DNA from: Podarcis pityusensis
Taxonomy: Eukaryota
NCBI GenBank assembly: GCA_964106645.2
Contig: OZ067046.1
Direction: 5' to 3' (one strand)
Length of the DNA stretch: 64,000 nucleotides
Shown: piece after piece, positions 23,801-32,150 of the stretch
How the letters are laid out: every line of letters starts with the position of its first letter
Position numbering within the stretch: position 1 is the first letter of the stretch
Made by a program: the position numbers and the translations under genes
The notes under the pieces: generated by a model
Seen by the model: the letters and a program-made list of their open reading frames with translations, nothing else
Told to the model about the DNA's origin: nothing
The model's database searches: none

Positions 23801-26800
23801 CAACAGTACAGACTGTGGAATGTAAACACCTGTCTCGTGACAAGCCCTTTCGCTGCACAGTGAAGGAAAGCAGAAACCAACAGTGGCGTGATCAGCTCAT
23901 TTCAATGAAATGCTTCCTTGAAATTGCTACCGTATTTTTCACCCTATAGGACGCACTTTTCCCCCTCCAAAAATGAAGGGGAAATGTGTGTGCGTCCTAT
24001 GGGGCGAATGCAGGCTTTTGCTGAAGCCTGGAGAGCGAGAGGGGTCGGTGCGCACCGACCCCTCTCGCTCTCCAGGCTTCAGGAAGCTATCCGCAAGCCT
24101 TGGGAGCTCCGCGGGAGTTTGTGTCGGGCTCCCAAGGCTTGCGGATAGCAGCCTCCCAACCTGACCTGGTTTGGAGGCTGGCGGTGGGGAAAGCAGCGCT
24201 TCTCCCGACCGCCAGCCCCACAAGCTCGGGGGACAGCGGGGAGGCGGAGCGCGCCTTCCCGCTGTTCCCCGACCTGGTTTGCAGGCTGGCGGTGGGAGCT
24301 GCCTGCATCCCGAAGCCTGGGGCGCACTGAGCCACGCGCCCCAGGCTTCGGGAAGATATCCACAAGCCTGGGGAGACCGGCGCAACTTCCCGCCGGGCTC
24401 CCTAGGCTTGCGGTTAGCAGCCTGTTCTGGGGGCTGGGGTCGGGGGAAGCTTGGGCTTCCCCCACCCCAGCCCTGCGCCTGGGGGGGAAATATTATTTCC
24501 CCCCAAAAAAACTAGGTGCGCCCTATGGGCCGAAAAATACGGTACTTGGGCTTCTTTGGTACATTCGATATCAGTAGTAGGCAATTTGTAATAGACAAAA
24601 ATCAGAAACAAACTTTAAAGGTTTTAATTGTCATCTCCAGCATTATGCTTTGTTATGTGTCATGCTTGGGAAGTAAAAGTATGGTCACTATGTTGCATGT
24701 AGGTATGTGTAGTTATCTCAGACACTTTTTATATGGCATATACCCCATATTGAGATTGACTTTCCTTTGAAGAGTGGGAGAAAGTCACTGGACCTTCTTT
24801 TGACAGAAAGAAGACTGGAAACATTATAGCAGTCAAAACCTAATGGTGCCAAAACCAAGAGACAGTCTTCACCCCACCCCTTTTTCCATTTCAGTAATTT
24901 TGAGTGAGGAACCGAAGAGTTTTCATATTCTTAATTGGCAGTTGCAGGATAGGGATATTATAGAAATATTGTGATATGTCTGCCTGTCAAGGCTCAAGTG
25001 TTTCTCTGTTCCTGTACATCAGCGGCTTTTGAACTTTGGGGCGAAATTATCAGGATTCTTAAATGAGGTGATCAATGAACAGTAGGCAGGCTTTCCTGAG
25101 AGGCAGTTTATCCATCCCCATAAACATTGCAGCCTCGGTTCCTTTGGCAGAAAATTAATGAATTAATTACTAAAGGAATGAATGAATGATCCTTTGAAAA
25201 TATGTTGTAATGTAGTGGAGATACGGATGGACAAGATGTTGAATGTATTGTAGGATGCCTTTCAATAGTTTGGCCAGGGTTCCATCTGAGTCTCAAAATA
25301 CTCTGTAGAAGCCCTAGTTCTGATTTCCTCATCAGAAAAATAAATGAGGAAAGCATTTTTGATGATGTGACCGTTTGAAACCACTGCGGTATGTCATAAA
25401 CAATTGGGCCATTTCACATTCTGAAATAATAGTGTCTTCTTAACTCAAAGGGGTGGCAGTACTGGAAGGTCCTATGTATGCTGTAGGAGGACATGATGGC
25501 TGGAGCTATCTGAATACCGTCGAAAGATGGGATCCACAGGCACGTCAGTGGAACTTTGTGGCTAGCATGTCAACCCCAAGGAGCACAGTGGGTGTAGCAG
25601 TATTAAGTGGAAAGTAAGTAGGACTAAAGAGAGAAATAAGGGCAAATATTCCATAACATTTTACTCAAAACTCGTATATATAAAGGAAATTTAGTAACAC
25701 TGGAATGATGTCATCTACCAGAAGTTCAGAGTGTTAGGCTTTTGAATGATGCTGCGTATGCTTGTTTTTGTCCTATCCACTTCTTGTTAACATATTCATT
25801 GGGTATCAGGAAACATCCAGTACTCATTAAATCCTTACTGTTAATTTCCTCTTGGATGTTGAATGGTTTCAGGACTGCAGGCGGGACTTCTTTTGTCCTA
25901 GAAATGGTTCCAGTAATTTGACTTAGTCAAATCCAGCAATGTATTTTTAATAACAAATTGATAATGCTGTATAAAATCCTGAAAACTCAAATGGTAACAT
26001 AAGCAATTGTCTCTAGCAGTAAGATGGCTGAAGAGAAACTGAAAATTTTATCCATTTTAGGAAAGAAAATCAACAAGTTCTTGTTTTTTTCTGAGAAATA
26101 TTATTCCTTCCTTGAAGTATCGGAATAGCTATCATTGTGGGAAACCCTCTTACTGTGGTTTTTTTATAATGCACTTTTTCCTAAATTATATGCTTCCTTT
26201 TTTGATATTTTTGAATTTTTTTGCATCTTTGTTTATTTAGAAATAGAAAAGGACCACACAAGTAATGGGATGAAAAATGTAACATATATAAAACTTTCAA
26301 ATCTGTTGTATAAATGAGCCCATAAATGTGGTTAGAATTACATTATTACTTTCAGTTTTAAATGCAACATCAGAGGACAAGCTGCACCACCTACTGAGGT
26401 GGAAATGAATTGAGACAAAGCTGTTGTTTAAAACTGCTACTTTGTTACCAAGAAACTATAGGTAGGTTTTAAGAGAAGCATCAGAAAATGGGTGAGACTC
26501 TTTCAGAAATAGGATCCCAAGAGAGTTCTCTTTGAAGCAAAGGCAGCAGCAGATTTCGTTGTCCCTGAGGAAGATTTTAAAGTGTTAGACTTAATGCTAT
26601 TTTTATTCTGCAGTAAGCCATCTAATTCAATGCCTACTCGAATATTTTGTGTGTGTGTGTTCAGAAAGTATTTCAACCATGTATTTGTATGCTTACAGGT
26701 TATATGCAGTTGGTGGTCGAGATGGAAGTTCTTGTCTCAAATCTGTAGAATGCTTTGATCCTCATACTAACAAGTGGACACTCTGTGCTCAGATGTCAAA

Positions 26801-29800
26801 ACGAAGAGGTGGCGTTGGGGTAACCACCTGGAATGGGTTTCTCTATGCTATTGGAGGCCATGATGCACCAGCTTCTAACTTGACATCCAGGCTGTCTGAC
26901 TGTGTGGAAAGGTATTAACGCCATAAAGTGTTGCTATGAAGATACTTAAGGTTCTCACTGTCCCATTTCCCTCATTTACAGCATCTTAAAATTATCTGCA
27001 TTTAACACTTGAGCTTATAGTGCAGGAGGATGCAGAAAAGGAGGTAAAAAAATAAAAGATACAGGTTATGTAGAAGCAATTGATTTGGAGTATTTCTGCA
27101 GTGGTAGCACTTTTTATAGAACAGTTGCAAGAGACACCATTCAGAGAGATTTGGCATGGGCTAGGGTTTGTGTTTCACCACAACTGGAGATTTGTTGTGT
27201 GGCTCTGGGCAAGATGCTGTTAACCAAAAGGATAGTAGTAAAAATCCACCAACTTGGGTCAGAATGTCAGTAAACAAAGACATTAGTTAACCAAAACAGA
27301 AGTGCAAATTCTATGGAGGATATTAATTTTAAAAATAAAGCAGCAAAAAAGAAATTACATGAGAGATGTCAAATTCTATAAAGAATTTGTTTTCAGAAGC
27401 AGTCTGCAACAAGAGAATCTATCATACGTCTCGCCCAGCTCAGATGTAGATTCCTGGCTTGCTAAGTCAGTTTAGTAAGCTGGCAATGAGCACCAGGTTT
27501 GTGCTTTCATTCCTCTGCTCTCCTTTTTGTATTCATATCTTGGTTAGCTTAAAACTACAGTTCTCTATTATGTCCAGAATGGGGAGACGTGGCTCAGTGT
27601 CTGAAAACATTATGTCGGACCATGGCATTAAACCACAGATCTTCATTTTGGACAAAATGGGGAAAAGTGGATTAAGCTGATTCAGATAAATGTGTTAAGG
27701 GGTAGGATGAACATGTTCTCAATTGACAAATAGCTTGCCGGGAATGCACTTCCAATCAGGGTCTGTGTATGTGTAAGAACGGTACCAACAGTGATGATAG
27801 AAAGCAAAAGATCTAAGTGAAGTTACAATGAAATCCGTCAGAAGAAGTTCTGAAATACTATACGGGGTGTAGAGTAACAGGAAAAATTAGAATAGCATAT
27901 ATAATACTCTCTTGGCAGAACTTCAGACATATGGAACTAACCCTTACGTTGCTGTTTTTAATTCAGGTATGATCCCAAAACTGATATGTGGACTGCCGTA
28001 GCTTCCATGAGCATCAGCAGAGATGCAGTGGGAGTCTGCCTTCTTGGAGACAGATTGTATGCTGTTGGGGGATATGACGGACAGACCTACCTTAACACGG
28101 TGGAGTCTTATGACCCCCAGACAAATGAGTGGACACAGGTATTGCTTAAGGTTTGGAGGGTTCATACATCAATGGTGGGTTGAATTTCTGGCATCTTCTG
28201 TTCAAGGTGATCCCATAGCAAGTCTGGCTGGCAGAACTCTCTGTGACCTTGGGAGAGCCACTCCAAGTCATAGTAGTCAATAGCAGGTAGTTGGCTCCAT
28301 CATCTCAGTTAGTAGAAGGCAACATCAGTGTTCAAATGTTGCTGTTTTTAAGAGTAATCTCAGCCTCTTTTGGAAGCCTGCCTTCAGCTCAAATTCAGTC
28401 ATCCCAGGTGAGTAAGTGAAACCATGTGTAAATAAGAATCACAGAACTATAGGGCTGAAAGGGACCTTGAGGGACATCTAGTCCAAACCCCTGCAATGCA
28501 GGAATCTTTTGCCCAATGTGGGGCTTCAACCTATGACCCAGAGATTAAGAGTTTCATGCTCCACTGACTGAGCCATCCATCATGAACAGACTTCTGATTG
28601 TTCTGCTACTTCCTGCCCCTCCCTACATATGATTTGAGCAGCATGGCAAACATCTTCTTTTCCTGGTGCAACCAAGCCTCTGTCCTTTCCTACATGCTTT
28701 CTGAAAGAAAGGTGGAAGAAAAGGGAAATGCGATTATTTAAAATGGGAAGTACTGGAATTCTATGATTCAAGCCTACCAAAAAACTGATTCCATATCTCA
28801 AATATTCACCATCTGTATGTGACGACAGATATGTGGTGAAAGCATTCTACATATATGCAGAATCACTCCCATTTTTATCCAACTTGGGAGCACACAGCAA
28901 ACCTTACCATCTGCCACAGGATAGGTAGCCACTTCATATCCAGTGGCTACCACCGGAAAGTGCAAATGAAATCTAAACTTAGAAGTAGCTCTTTTTGTTC
29001 TAGCTAAGTAATCAAGTTTTTCTCTGTAAACCCAGCAGAATAATTCTAATGTGGGGGCACCTCATGCCCAGGGGCTAAATGCAATAGTCCAAGCCTCTCT
29101 CTGGCCACAGCTCCTCCTTGGCCATGCATCCTCCATGTTTTTGGCTCGATGGAATATGTCCTTGAACTCTGGTAATGCCTCTTGCTTGTCCGAATGAAGA
29201 ACAGAGTTGCTCTGTCCATTTTTACCTCTGGAAAGAAGAGCTCTCTAACAGTAAGAGCTGTTAGTGGAACAGACTCCCTTGGGAAGTGGTAGATTCTCTC
29301 CTTCCTTGGAGGTTTTTAAACAGAGGTTGAATGGCCATCTGCCACAGATACTTTAGTTGAGATTGTTGCATTGCAGAGGGTTGGACTAGTTGACCCCTGG
29401 GGTCCCTTCCAACTCTATGATTCTGTGATCCTAACCATGGCTGGAATGTGGCCCCTGAAATCCTAGAAGGTAGTGTACCCTTGATCTGATGTATACAAAA
29501 GGTGACATAAAAAGTATAATCTTCCTGTCCCTGCTAACAGGAAACCTATGCCCTGTATCAATATCCTGCTCCATAATTTATATAATTGAGCGTTGACATT
29601 GTATATTAAAAACGATGGGGTTGAGTCCAGGTGACCTCTGGCTCAAATTAAGCGCTGATTGAAAAACAGGTAGCAAGTGATTTATTCTCTTGCTCAACAT
29701 TCATATTATTGTGGCTCTAATTTTTTAAAATATAATATTTGCGACTCTAGCAAGTGTGCTTTGTCACTGACCCTTTTCCACCTTCTTCTCACCATTACAG

Positions 29801-29857
29801 GTTGCACCATTGTGCCTCGGAAGAGCTGGGGCCTGTGTCGTGACTGTAAAGCTCTAA
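2657..29857 (+). CDS. KLHL5: Kelch-like protein 5 (BTB-BACK-Kelch), spliced CDS, 5' part outside window; exons 2657-2839, 4868-5004, 5896-6092, 12490-12702, 14832-15018, 18605-18829, 25451-25613, 26699-26911, 27967-28138, 29801-29857
   Basis: Ten GT-AG exons (1747 nt) join in frame: BTB ([30 protein letters not shown]), BACK, Kelch GG repeats, C-terminus [18 protein letters not shown]. Adjacent to WDR19 as in other amniotes. Confidence 0.96.
3300..4638. mobile_element. Non-autonomous hAT-type DNA transposon with foldback (long inverted repeat) structure
   Basis: TIRs TAGGGCTGGGCGATA / TATTGCCCAGTCCTA; 8-bp TSD tcacccat / gcacccat (7/8); ~300-bp inverted arms (3300-3600 vs ~4220-4530); GC-rich degenerate internal repeats. 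Confidence 0.8.
4868..5004 (+). CDS. KLHL5: KLHL5 coding exon (exon 3 equivalent), BTB
   Basis: ttacag|ATTAGTG...ACAG|gtaatg; [45 protein letters not shown]. Confidence 0.95.
5896..6092 (+). CDS. KLHL5: KLHL5 coding exon (exon 4 equivalent), BTB/BACK
   Basis: tctag|GTCGC...ACCATG|gtaagt; [53 protein letters not shown]. Confidence 0.95.
8503..8516. promoter_or_regulatory. Candidate RFX X-box (GTTGCCATGGAAAC) in KLHL5 intron
   Basis: Matches palindromic consensus GTTNCCATGGNAAC exactly; function inferred only. Confidence 0.45.
9890..9965. repeat. 38-bp tandem duplication (2 copies, 2 mismatches)
   Basis: ttagcccttatggtgaccaata(gg/ac)agcttgaagtatat x2. Confidence 0.9.
12490..12702 (+). CDS. 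KLHL5: KLHL5 coding exon (exon 5 equivalent), BACK
   Basis: tgtag|GATCAT...CCACAG|gtaaat; [35 protein letters not shown]...IRLPLLAPQ. Confidence 0.95.
13722..14090. mobile_element. Degenerate Penelope-like element terminal-repeat remnants
   Basis: Motifs gtggcacctttaagatcaact...gagctttcgtg...cacttcatcagatac and inverted gagtatctgaagatg...aacacggctatcc resemble reptile Penelope ends (recalled, not searched). Confidence 0.4.
14832..15018 (+). CDS. KLHL5: KLHL5 coding exon (exon 6 equivalent)
   Basis: ttctag|TTTTTAGCA...AAAG|gtatgg; [62 protein letters not shown]. Confidence 0.95.
15181..17407 (-). mobile_element. Non-autonomous L1-derived retroposon, ~2.2 kb, apparently full length
   Basis: 18-bp TSD aatgtgt(g/c)acttagtttc at 15163-15180 and 17408-17425; poly(A) tail with AATAAA on - strand; CpG-rich 5' end GGACTTCCGG...ATGGCGG; degenerate L1 ORF2-like tail ([14 protein letters not shown]) near 15715-15800. 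Confidence 0.75.
15798..16430 (-). CDS. 210-aa ORF of unknown function within the L1-derived retroposon (possibly ORF1p-derived)
   Basis: ATG-initiated uninterrupted ORF in the element's sense orientation; E/Q/L-rich helical N-terminal half; no domain recognised. Confidence 0.4.
   Translation of the reverse strand: MYSEALVRAFCKTSALLEQLHEKTDLMTVAIRNFGYVVGTYIEPTQESTQECALTDQMMEEIVVGPRVAEMEGAVAQQEHELLDLTNELGKSQIWRDRVLLGLEMGGWIDPPMQGCLAFSSLAMGREEFGVVGVLNSGGTLKHAFKYYMEFSVDYGKGADLSRRDKNTVKLEFPRVKGPGDKVKYRYKYEEDLRKGHGRDLRALDIRLPG
18605..18829 (+). CDS. KLHL5: KLHL5 coding exon (exon 7 equivalent), Kelch
   Basis: ctaag|GAGCAACA...CTGG|gtatgt; [56 protein letters not shown]. Confidence 0.95.
18870..19181 (-). 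repeat. 3' LTR of copia element (312 bp)
   Basis: Identical to 23572-23882 except one extra T at 19165; AATAAA on - strand at 18939-18944. Confidence 0.96.
19182..19192 (-). other. Polypurine tract (AAGGGGGAGGA) of copia element
   Basis: Purine run directly abutting the 3' LTR on the - strand. Confidence 0.9.
19229..23257 (-). CDS. Copia Gag-Pol polyprotein, 1342 aa (Gag, CCHC zinc knuckle, aspartic protease, integrase, RT, RNase H)
   Basis: [14 protein letters not shown] knuckle; [10 protein letters not shown] protease; HHCC plus D,D(35)E integrase (HADL, TDRGGEF, NGLAE); RT DINTAFL / YGLKQS / YVDD; RNase H ADASF / EAE / DN / AD; no stops or frameshifts. Confidence 0.97.
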   Translation of the reverse strand: MTLKANARVMMALQDACGIPKLNKKNYADWVLYAEAILRKEGLYEVITETPPVPVTDAWEAKDSKARGTLTLIVSPEELCLLRDKTSAREIWEALREAHLRTEAGSTMFYFNKLHNMALAEGGDVRLHLMEMQNLRHELQQRGLNFPEAVYSFMILQSLGSGWESVATQIAVQPTAQLTVDYVTAVILNEADRRGASCMGKGESSQTSSHSAVEPPDGAKALKAVKCYSCGRLGHMKRECRYPRAKTEQRSESSSRGKGRGKGKGPVSRTTQHKAMVSRFTPKVAEVQKTSRSFFVVDSAATHHMCNDKRLFVSFTPQEGAIHQADDHTIPSKGYGTVVLHSLDLSIQNVLYVPDAKHNLLSVGQLNERNIDVSFKNKKCIITKKNDYVLHAEYVDRLFVLYYDDVEKDDTCCIAGSNKSLHAECIHDFHRKFGHLHFEAVSKMPALVEGMTIKPCRYHMKCKACAANKVKMAAKGKVSSRQATEPYQVVHADLVGPLAPSLGGNRYFMVLIDAFSRYIFVYNLKQKSEAFPRFKEFCAWLENVHGKKIKTLFTDRGGEFTSQQFEAFLTEKGIQHDLSSPRSPWQNGLAERANQTLLQGLKTLLHDANLPESYWAESLSCFVYTYNRRLSSAIGCTPYEKMFGKKPYIKHMKIFGSDMWVRSPQNSKLDKRGLHGIFLGYQKGSYRIMMTDSKTIKLTRSVEYNAKWGENVGIFQCYPDDGDETEDSQKQPQQPTPTDEGSESESETESGDSEDFKSAKASMRPSESSDQELEEPLFTVGRFSPKKEEESVEDLRLIRRSQRATKGRPPKRFADEFATIAVTAVKSSKKVFEPSSFQEIQGLDSKEAEPWLNAMKAELDSLERNKTWELVPVVPGMKLLGSKWVFKAKTDQNGKIVRHKARLVARGFAQVPGEDYHETYSPTVRYESIRLMLKLAAEENLHISHHDINTAFLYGSLDESLYMLPPDGVQVKQGFVCALKKSLYGLKQSARCWHTKLTEVLFSLGFQQGKADPCVFVKEEGQKKLYCLFYVDDLLFFWKDVAMYNNALAQLKEHFDMKDLGEVNNYLSLEIERDQDGNILVHQSRKIADVLSKLNLMDANPVDTPMTTGYQVDDTEEAFSDTTLYRSVLGKLNFIARCSRPDIAVSCNLLSRQVNNPSVKDWKALKRIARYLKGTMHYRLRFNNQKSGGLEIFADASFGSDTTDRKSMSGVCYMYNQGLFDWSCKKQTTVSLSTCEAELNALSYSLKDCEWLIQLCKDMKIPVKCPIQVYQDNKACLALLKSEGCKQSTKHLQLKLQHARECIQKGLITVSYMPGNEIPADVLSKIVSRDQHCTYVQKLGLY
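23554..23569 (-). other. Primer-binding site complementary to the anticodon arm of tRNA-iMet (half-tRNA priming type)
   Basis: - strand TGGTTATGGGCTCCAG starts 2 nt after the 5' LTR; pairs with CTGGGCCCATAACC of initiator tRNA with a 1-nt bulge. Confidence 0.8.
23572..23882 (-). repeat. 5' LTR of copia element (311 bp)
   Basis: TG...CA termini with 5-bp inverted ends; direct repeat of 18870-19181. Confidence 0.96.
23930..24542. mobile_element. Tc1/Mariner-superfamily MITE (613 bp), GC-rich, built from hairpins
   Basis: TA TSD on both sides; 27-bp TIRs CCGTATTTTTC...CGCAC (4 mismatches); internal perfect palindromes. Confidence 0.88.
25451..25613 (+). CDS. KLHL5: KLHL5 coding exon (exon 8 equivalent), Kelch
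   Basis: caaag|GGGTGGCA...GGAAA|gtaagt; [53 protein letters not shown]. Confidence 0.95.
26699..26911 (+). CDS. KLHL5: KLHL5 coding exon (exon 9 equivalent), Kelch
   Basis: ttacag|GTTATAT...GAAAG|gtatta; [26 protein letters not shown]...RLSDCVE. Confidence 0.95.
27967..28138 (+). CDS. KLHL5: KLHL5 coding exon (exon 10 equivalent), Kelch
   Basis: ttcag|GTATGAT...ACACAG|gtattg; [57 protein letters not shown]. Confidence 0.95.
28433..28578 (-). mobile_element. tRNA-Lys-headed SINE with CR1-type 3' tail
   Basis: Reverse complement closely resembles 36850-37001 (tRNA-Lys-like head, ttcctgcattgca junction, attct tail). Confidence 0.75.
29231..29430 (+). mobile_element. CR1 LINE 3' fragment
   Basis: tggaacagactccct...tccttggaggtttttaaacagaggttg...gggttggactag...cccttccaactctatgattctgtga, typical CR1 3' end. 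Confidence 0.75.
29801..29857 (+). CDS. KLHL5: KLHL5 last coding exon (to stop); AU-rich 3' UTR follows
   Basis: ttacag|GTTGCA...CTC TAA; [18 protein letters not shown]. Confidence 0.95.
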   Translation, partial: VAPLCLGRAGACVVTVKL

Positions 29858-31519
29858 TTACAAAGATATCCTTCTCTTCTATAGACTCGGGGGGTGCCCC
29901 CAAGTTACTAAATTATAATCATATAAGGTACTGTGTATCTTCACAGGGCAAAGAGTTTGGTCTTAATCTATTAGCTAAAATGTTTTTTAATTCAAAACGG
30001 ACCAACATTATGCACTTTTTAAAAATGAGTAATGCAATTTATGTACATTTATTTGTAATGGAATACTCTGCAGCCAGCTGGCAGGTTACATTAGAAATGC
30101 GGCAACTGAAAAATAATTGGCGCTTACAAATTTTGGTTCTTGCTCTAGGAGGCCCTGAGCTCTTTGTTGTAATAAGCCTGGGCACAGTACCATTTCCTTT
30201 CCATTTCCATATATGTTTTTGGCATGTTCAGGATGCAGGTATTGACATTGCTTTCATTCCAAATAATTTGTCTTGACTATTGGAATATTATTGTTACTAT
30301 TTTTACATGGTACAAAGACAAACCAAATGCAGATGGAATCAGAGTATCAAGGGTACCTCTTGCGTGGGAAATGCTATACATTTGATGCTTGAGCTCTTCT
30401 CACCACAGCCGACATTTTGCAGCCTTTGTTTTTTAACCAAAGCCTCACTTTCATTATTGTCTTAGTATGCTATGGAAGTGTTTGTTCTATAGGATACTTT
30501 ATTCAAGAGCTTTTCAGCATCCACCACACTTACTGGATTTTCTAATCTTTTATGGAACTTTATTCTATAAATATTTATATATCATTTCATCTTTCTGAGC
30601 CTGGTTGCAGTTTCACTGAGTGGATCTCTTCCTGAAAGAAATTCAGAAGTTGGAGTTGGGGGGTGCATTCCAATGCATCATTAAAAGTGACTTTCATTTG
30701 TGGTTTCTGAAGCATTCCATAATCTGAAATTATATGTAGCTAACTTTAATTTACTTTGAAAGAGGAGTTTGCACAAATCTTAATACACTTTTATAAGGTG
30801 AAAACTCGTGCCATTTTAAGCAAGTGTTCCTTTAGCAAAAAGTGGGCATTACCCTACAACTGGTGCATCCTTTCGGGTTGCTCAGCTACTTCCAAAAAGA
30901 CTGACAGTCTTTCCAAGGATCAGACTTGCGTAACTAAATTATTTAATACTGTAATAGATTTTCTTTAGTATTTGCCTTATGTTGACTTGTTACACTACTC
31001 AGAATTACTTGGGTGTTCCAAGTGCTCTATGAAACTTTTATATTTTCTTTTGTGCCTTGTTTCTTACGTGTTCAAATATGTTATGTAACATTCTGTTGTA
31101 CTTTATCTTGAAAAAAATCTGAATATGTAAACTAAAGGATTTCTTTTTTTCTGAAAGTAAATGGAATGTGTCTGACGAATAGTCTTTGCACACTTGTAAT
31201 TTTTTAATACAGTTCTGAACTTTGAAGTTCACAATTAACTATTAGTTTAAAGGGGAAGTGGCATTCTACTTCAGTGTATAGGTCCTGTCCTGTTTGTTAT
31301 CATTTTACAAATGATTTTGTGATGCCTTATTCATACACACACACAAATGAGAAGTATCATAACCAATACCCAAATTTAGCAAGGGGTGAGCTGGCATGAG
31401 GTAATTAAGTGTTGTGGCTGTCTTACATTAAACCTGCTTGGTAAAAAAAATGCATTGGCATAAATATACACGTATAAGGTTAGTTGTCCAAAAACAGATG
31501 TTTGCAGAGTCCGATGTAT

Positions 31520-32150
31520 AGATGTGGAAAAGGTTCCCCAAAACACTGCTCTAAATTATATAGGGTGATCTACTTTATCAAAACAGAAGGGTGGCACTGA
31601 AGCACGTGAAAGTATAGATGGTACCCACTTAGAGTGAATAAGGATCAGGCAGACACAGCTTTGGAGAAAGAGAAGGTGAGGTTTTATTGCCAAGCAGTAA
31701 GGACCCAGTTGGAATCTCTTCCAAAGAACTGGGACCCCGAACGACAGAAATCCTGAGGTCTTTATACCTGAGCAAATCACAGATCATGAGACAATCACGA
31801 ATCGCCAGCAAAAATTAGCCAATTAGCGTGCTTCTTGCCATGCTTACGGCTCCTGGTCAAGCGCAGAGTTCTACTCCCAACTTCTGCTTTCCGTTGCCTG
31901 TAATGATGCGCTGTCTAACCTTTCCCCTAGTTCTGACAGAATAGGGAGTTTTGGAGTTTTTGTGGTTTAGCCCTTCCTGTTCTGTGGATTAATTTAGCCT
32001 GCATTTGAGGGGGATTTTGTACCAGTGTCTCTGATTCATGTCTTCCCCTTTGTTCAGGGTACAAGGATGTTTCTAGGGGAAAGGTTGGTTCTAAGTTGCT
32101 GTTCCAAGCAGTTTGCAGTTAGCTTAGGCAAAGCTTTCCTTTGATTCAAA
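31520..32150 (-). mobile_element. Possible solo LTR (boundaries uncertain)
   Basis: On - strand a TATA-like GTATAAA precedes CAATAAAAC by ~80 nt; composition differs from flanks; no TSD located. Confidence 0.3.

Larger units (their letters stand above)
18870..23882 (-). mobile_element. Full-length Ty1/copia LTR retrotransposon (5013 bp)
   Basis: Two LTRs TGTTG...CAACA; 5-bp TSD GTGGC (18865-18869, 23883-23887); PPT, PBS; single ORF with PR-IN-RT-RH order. Confidence 0.97.

Noticed and set aside
23939-24515. Several Pro/Gly/Arg-rich ORFs, with identical peptides on both strands
   Set aside because: Artefact of the perfect palindromes and high GC of the MITE
29677-30276. 199-aa ORF overlapping the last KLHL5 exon
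   Set aside because: Different frame from KLHL5, non-ATG start, runs from intron into 3' UTR, no recognisable protein
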